Assembly: GCA_963817955.1 (NCBI GenBank)
Contig: CAWFQK010000004.1
Span: 1,504,001-1,568,000 of the forward strand
Reading direction: 5' to 3'
DNA length: 64,000 nucleotides
Source of the DNA: an uncultured Gemmatimonadaceae bacterium
GTDB taxonomy: Bacteria; Gemmatimonadota; Gemmatimonadetes; Gemmatimonadales; Gemmatimonadaceae
The translations under genes were made by a program, and so were the position numbers. Every line of letters starts with the position of its first letter. Positions within the stretch are counted from its first letter, which is position 1. The notes beneath the pieces are model-generated. The model did not search any database. It was not told the origin of the DNA and saw only the letters and a program-made list of their open reading frames with translations. Positions 60,225 through 64,000 of the stretch are shown one piece after another.

Positions 60225-60480
60225 TAAGTTCCCTCACGCGGATCCAAAACAGCCAATTGCTCACCTCGGCTGTCTCGCAAAACGTCTTATTCTTCAGGCG
60301 CACGGGTAGCTGGTCCGAGGTCATTTTGTACCGCAACTCGTAGCTCTGAATCTTTTCTTTGATGATCACAGCTTGGCCATTAACCGGCCTGAGGGCTTCG
60401 TTCACCAACCCCCCAATGGCCTTTTCGCGCTCGCTTTTCCCGAGGGCGCGAAGATCTCCCATTCGAATGGCGGTCGCCAT
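60214..60480 (-). CDS. Putative antitoxin, TumA-like
   Basis: 88 aa; 'KIQSYELRYKMTSDQL......E...W' pattern; SD-like ggag. Confidence 0.55.
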   Translation of the reverse strand: MATAIRMGDLRALGKSEREKAIGGLVNEALRPVNGQAVIIKEKIQSYELRYKMTSDQLPVRLKNKTFCETAEVSNWLFWIRVRELSGG

Positions 60481-60705
60481 AAACCCCTCTCCTGTGGCTA
60501 TGCGCCTGCGATGGATAATACCCGTAGATTGCGAAAGAGTATGCTTTTTCGCGTAACGCAACTATCGGGACTTACCAGCGGCAGCGCAACCAGAATAGGC
60601 GAAATAGCTGGATAAATAGTTACTTGACCAGTAGGGGCCCGGTAGAAGTCGAAGAACAGCAACTGGTGGTGTGCACAGAACTGTGTGAACACCCGCCAAC
60701 CGTCC

Positions 60706-62121
60706 TCAGCGACCAGTACCCTGATACGTGACGCGCCAGACACGGCCGCCCTTGTCATCGCTGATGTAGAGTGCTCCGTCGGGACCCTGGGCGAGACCCG
60801 ACGGACGATGGGCCGCTTGGTCCGGCTGCATGCGCCCTTGGGCGAACCCATCCGCAAAGATCTCGAACCCGCCGGGTTTGGCCGACGGCTTCCGGCCGGC
60901 AAAGGGCAGGAATACGACATTGTACCCTTGCTGCGGACCCGGCGCGCGGTTCCATGAGCCATGAAACGCGATGAACGCGCCGCCACGGTATTTCTCGGGA
61001 AACTGCGTACCCGTGTAGAACTGCAGCGCGAGGGGCGCCCAGTGCGCCGGAAAAAATGCGATCGGACCTGTCTTCTGCGCACACTGGCCGACCGTCTTGC
61101 CGTCGCCGCCGTACTCCGGCGCGAGCACGAGCTTCTGCTGCTCATTGTCGAAGTAGCAATAGGGCCAGCCATAGTCCGCCCCATGTTTGACGAGCAGCAA
61201 CTCCTCGGCAGGGAGATTCTGTCCCTGGATCGAGGTGTAGAGATTTGGCCAATTCTCGGCGAGCTGGTCGCGGCCATGTTGCATGGCGTACAGGCTGCCA
61301 TCCGGGCCAATGGCAATGCCGTCCGCGTTACGGATTCCGGTCGCATACCGGTTCGCCAGCGACGGCACCTGTTTGGTCTGGTTCGCATCGAAGCGCCAGA
61401 TCCCGCCGCGTGTCTCGAGCTCCGTGCACGGTTTGCGGCCGGGCGACTCGCGCGTGCGATTCCTGACCTGACAGGAATTCGTCGCGCTTCCCATGTTCAC
61501 GTACATCGCCCCCGCCGAGTCGATGGCAAAAGGGTGCATTGGGTGATCGCCGGTCAGCGGCAAGCCGCTCACGACGACCTCGGCTTTCGACGTTGGAGTG
61601 AGCTGGTCGCGCGCCAGGGTGTAGCGCACGATGGTCGCGGCTTCTTCGGCGTACAACGCGCCGTTGTACAGCCCGATGCCAGTGCCACCGTGGCCGCCAC
61701 CCACGCCAGTGGCGCCGAACCGCGCCATGACATTCGCCTTGCCGTCGTGGCTGGTGTCGCGCAGAGCGACGATGAAGCCGCCGGGCAACGGCGATTGGTC
61801 CGGGTAGAAGCTGCCGCTCCACGTATTGACGTACACGTCGCCATTCGGCGCCACGACGAGGTGGCGTGCATGGCCAATGCTGTCGGCGAACACCGTGGCG
61901 CAGAAGCCAGGCGGAAGCGTGATGCCGCCGTTGTCGCCCGGGCACGCGGCAACCGGCCGGTCACGGCGCGTGGCATCGCCGGCATCGCCGGTATCACCGG
62001 TATCGCCGCTTGTCCGTTGCGACTGCCCCTTGCCGCCGCATCCAACCACCAGCGTCGCCGTCACCATGGCGGCGAGCGCGAAAGCGCGCACAGGCTGCGT
62101 CTTGCGGATGGGTTCGACCAT
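60706..62121 (-). CDS. PQQ-dependent sugar/sorbosone dehydrogenase family lipoprotein
   Basis: 'LPPGFCATVFA', 'ATGIRN', 'HGRD', 'DYGWPYCY', 'AHWAPL', 'AFHGSWNR', 'LYISDD'. Confidence 0.88.
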   Translation of the reverse strand: MVEPIRKTQPVRAFALAAMVTATLVVGCGGKGQSQRTSGDTGDTGDAGDATRRDRPVAACPGDNGGITLPPGFCATVFADSIGHARHLVVAPNGDVYVNTWSGSFYPDQSPLPGGFIVALRDTSHDGKANVMARFGATGVGGGHGGTGIGLYNGALYAEEAATIVRYTLARDQLTPTSKAEVVVSGLPLTGDHPMHPFAIDSAGAMYVNMGSATNSCQVRNRTRESPGRKPCTELETRGGIWRFDANQTKQVPSLANRYATGIRNADGIAIGPDGSLYAMQHGRDQLAENWPNLYTSIQGQNLPAEELLLVKHGADYGWPYCYFDNEQQKLVLAPEYGGDGKTVGQCAQKTGPIAFFPAHWAPLALQFYTGTQFPEKYRGGAFIAFHGSWNRAPGPQQGYNVVFLPFAGRKPSAKPGGFEIFADGFAQGRMQPDQAAHRPSGLAQGPDGALYISDDKGGRVWRVTYQGTGR

Positions 62122-62149
62122 GGTGGCTCCTGCGTCCGGTGGATGTGGA

Positions 62150-62719
62150 CTAGGGGTTCCGCAGTGCGACGAGTGCGTTGGACCACTTGAGCAACTCGTC
62201 GAGCATCGCGACTGCGGCCTTGGCCTGGACGTCGCCGGGATCGAACACGCCCGACTCGCCACTCACGTACTGCGCGAAGAACGGAATCGAGACGGCTTCA
62301 AACATCGGCATCATCTTGAGCGCGGTGACGACCTGCTTCGTCATCTGGACGCCGCGCGTACCACCGGACACCCCGCCATAGCTCACGAACGCACACGCTT
62401 TGTACGCCCACTCTTTGACGAGGTATTGCAGCGCGTTGATGAGTGACGCTGGGGCGCTAAAGTCGTACTCCGGCGTCACGAAGACGTAGGCATCGGCGCG
62501 GCTTGCGATCGCGCTCCAACGCTTGGTGTGCTCATGCTCGTACTGGCCGAAGCGCGGATGCTTCGGCTCGTCGAACAGCGGCAGATTCACCTCGGCGAGG
62601 TCGATGAGCTCGACGGTGAACTTGCCATGCCGGCGGGCTTGATCCGCCGCCCACGCACCGACCGCCGTTCCCTGGCGGCCGGTGCGGGTACTGGCGATGA
62701 CAACTTGCAGATTGAGCAT
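62150..62719 (-). CDS. NADPH-dependent FMN reductase
   Basis: 'IASTRTGRQG', 'FVTPEY', 'EWAYK..AFVSYGGVSGG'. Confidence 0.9.
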   Translation of the reverse strand: MLNLQVVIASTRTGRQGTAVGAWAADQARRHGKFTVELIDLAEVNLPLFDEPKHPRFGQYEHEHTKRWSAIASRADAYVFVTPEYDFSAPASLINALQYLVKEWAYKACAFVSYGGVSGGTRGVQMTKQVVTALKMMPMFEAVSIPFFAQYVSGESGVFDPGDVQAKAAVAMLDELLKWSNALVALRNP

Positions 62720-62773
62720 TTTGCGGAAATTGGAGACAATCGCAAACGTGCTCTCGACTGCAAGGTCCCTGCC

Positions 62774-64000
62774 CTACTTATCGGTCGCCGTCGGCCGCTT
62801 GACCACTGTGATCTTGAGTGACGACGGGTACAGCGACGAGTGGTGGACACTGTTGTGGGCCACGAGGCCGGTGGTCTCGTCGTAGTTATTGCCACCGGTG
62901 TTCATGTTGCGGTCGAAACGCGGGAAGTTCGAACTCGAGACCTCGATGCGAACGCGATGGCCGGCGTCGAACAAATTGCTCGTCGTCATTGGCGACAGCG
63001 CCACTTTGTACACCTTGCCTGGCTCCATCCATGTCGGCGGCTTGTCGTAGCCCTCGCGGTAGCGCACCCGCTGAATTGTTTCATCCAGGTTGTAAGCACG
63101 GCCGTCAGGGTAGACGTCAATGAGTTTCACGGTGACGTCCGTATCCTTGCGATCGGACGATATGTACGCCGTGAACTCGACCGGCCCGCTCACCTCCATC
63201 GGCTCCTTGAGCGGATCGCTGGTATAGACGAGGACGTCAGGCCGTGTCTCCATCTTCTGCTGATCCATGCTGCCACCAGTCAGGGCATTCGCCTGGCAGC
63301 ATACGTTGCCGCCATATGACGCCAGCGGGTGCATTGGATCGTAGACGAGGCTGTCCGGGGCATCTTTCGCCGGCGCTTTGGTTCTGAGCACACCATCACC
63401 AGCCGCGGTGTTCGCTTTGCCGGCGCTGCCGAGGAAGAACGTCATCGACTCGGCTCCGCGCGGGGGCCAGCTGTCGGACGTCTGCCATTTGTTCAGGCCC
63501 ATGGTGTAGTAGCGGACCTTCGGCATGGTGTCGAGCAGGTGGTTGTTATCGCCTTTCAGGAAGAGGTCGAACCATCCGTACGTGAGCGCGTCGTAGTCAT
63601 AGCGCGCGTCGCCGACGCTCCGTTCGCCCACGACGGTGTTCGCAGAGGCCCGTTTGTATGAGCAATGCAGCGTCGGTGCGATCACCGCGTACTGTTGGTT
63701 AGCAATGGCCGGATCAGCGGTTTTCCGCACGTGGTTGTACGTCGCGAGGTTCGGCCCAATGGACACGTCGTACCACGACATGAACCAGAGCCCCGGCACG
63801 TTGATCTTCATGCCGTCGTCGAACAGCCCGCCGCGATACCAGGCGGGATCGTTCGGCGTGCGTTGGATCATCGCGCCGCCGGTAGCAATGCCGGGCATGG
63901 AGTCGGCGTAGATGCCGTGCGGACCATCGAGGTGCTTGATCAGGTCCTTCTCGGGCAAATAGGAGAAGTTCTTGGCCCAGTCGGCCGGCGGCTGATGCTG
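62774..64000 (-). CDS. CocE/NonD family hydrolase, 5'-truncated by the window edge
   Basis: 'SWYD', 'RPDVLVYTS', 'KLIDVYPDG', '[22 protein letters not shown]'. Confidence 0.9.
   Translation of the reverse strand, partial: QHQPPADWAKNFSYLPEKDLIKHLDGPHGIYADSMPGIATGGAMIQRTPNDPAWYRGGLFDDGMKINVPGLWFMSWYDVSIGPNLATYNHVRKTADPAIANQQYAVIAPTLHCSYKRASANTVVGERSVGDARYDYDALTYGWFDLFLKGDNNHLLDTMPKVRYYTMGLNKWQTSDSWPPRGAESMTFFLGSAGKANTAAGDGVLRTKAPAKDAPDSLVYDPMHPLASYGGNVCCQANALTGGSMDQQKMETRPDVLVYTSDPLKEPMEVSGPVEFTAYISSDRKDTDVTVKLIDVYPDGRAYNLDETIQRVRYREGYDKPPTWMEPGKVYKVALSPMTTSNLFDAGHRVRIEVSSSNFPRFDRNMNTGGNNYDETTGLVAHNSVHHSSLYPSSLKITVVKRPTATDK

Overview
This is a GC-rich bacterial window. The gene content (many carboxypeptidase-regulatory-domain/TonB-type and secreted proteins) suggests Gemmatimonadota, which is an inference. 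It holds about 55 CDS. Housekeeping and metabolic genes include glnS, tex, tpl, an acyl-CoA dehydrogenase, a DUF969/DUF979/DUF2891 operon, two-component genes, TonB-dependent receptors and a probable TumE/TumA-like toxin-antitoxin pair. No rRNA, tRNA, CRISPR array, transposase, integrase or reverse transcriptase was recognised. Five non-routine signals stand out. (1) A four-helix-bundle (S23/IVS/Avd-like) gene is enclosed by 118-bp near-perfect inverted repeats (49037-49741). Solo copies of that repeat, joined to 7-bp tandem arrays and a REP-like palindrome, are scattered across the window, and two of them flank tpl as direct repeats. (2) A KilA-N gene is split by a 1594-bp recombinase-free insertion bounded by an 8-bp direct repeat, and precise removal restores the frame. 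(3) A ~43 x 21-bp degenerate tandem array lies upstream of a helical hypothetical gene. (4) One protein appears to fuse an ECF sigma region 2 to a FecR anti-sigma. (5) A heptamer array is embedded in the start of a lipoprotein gene. All annotations come from reading the sequence by eye; no database searches were run.
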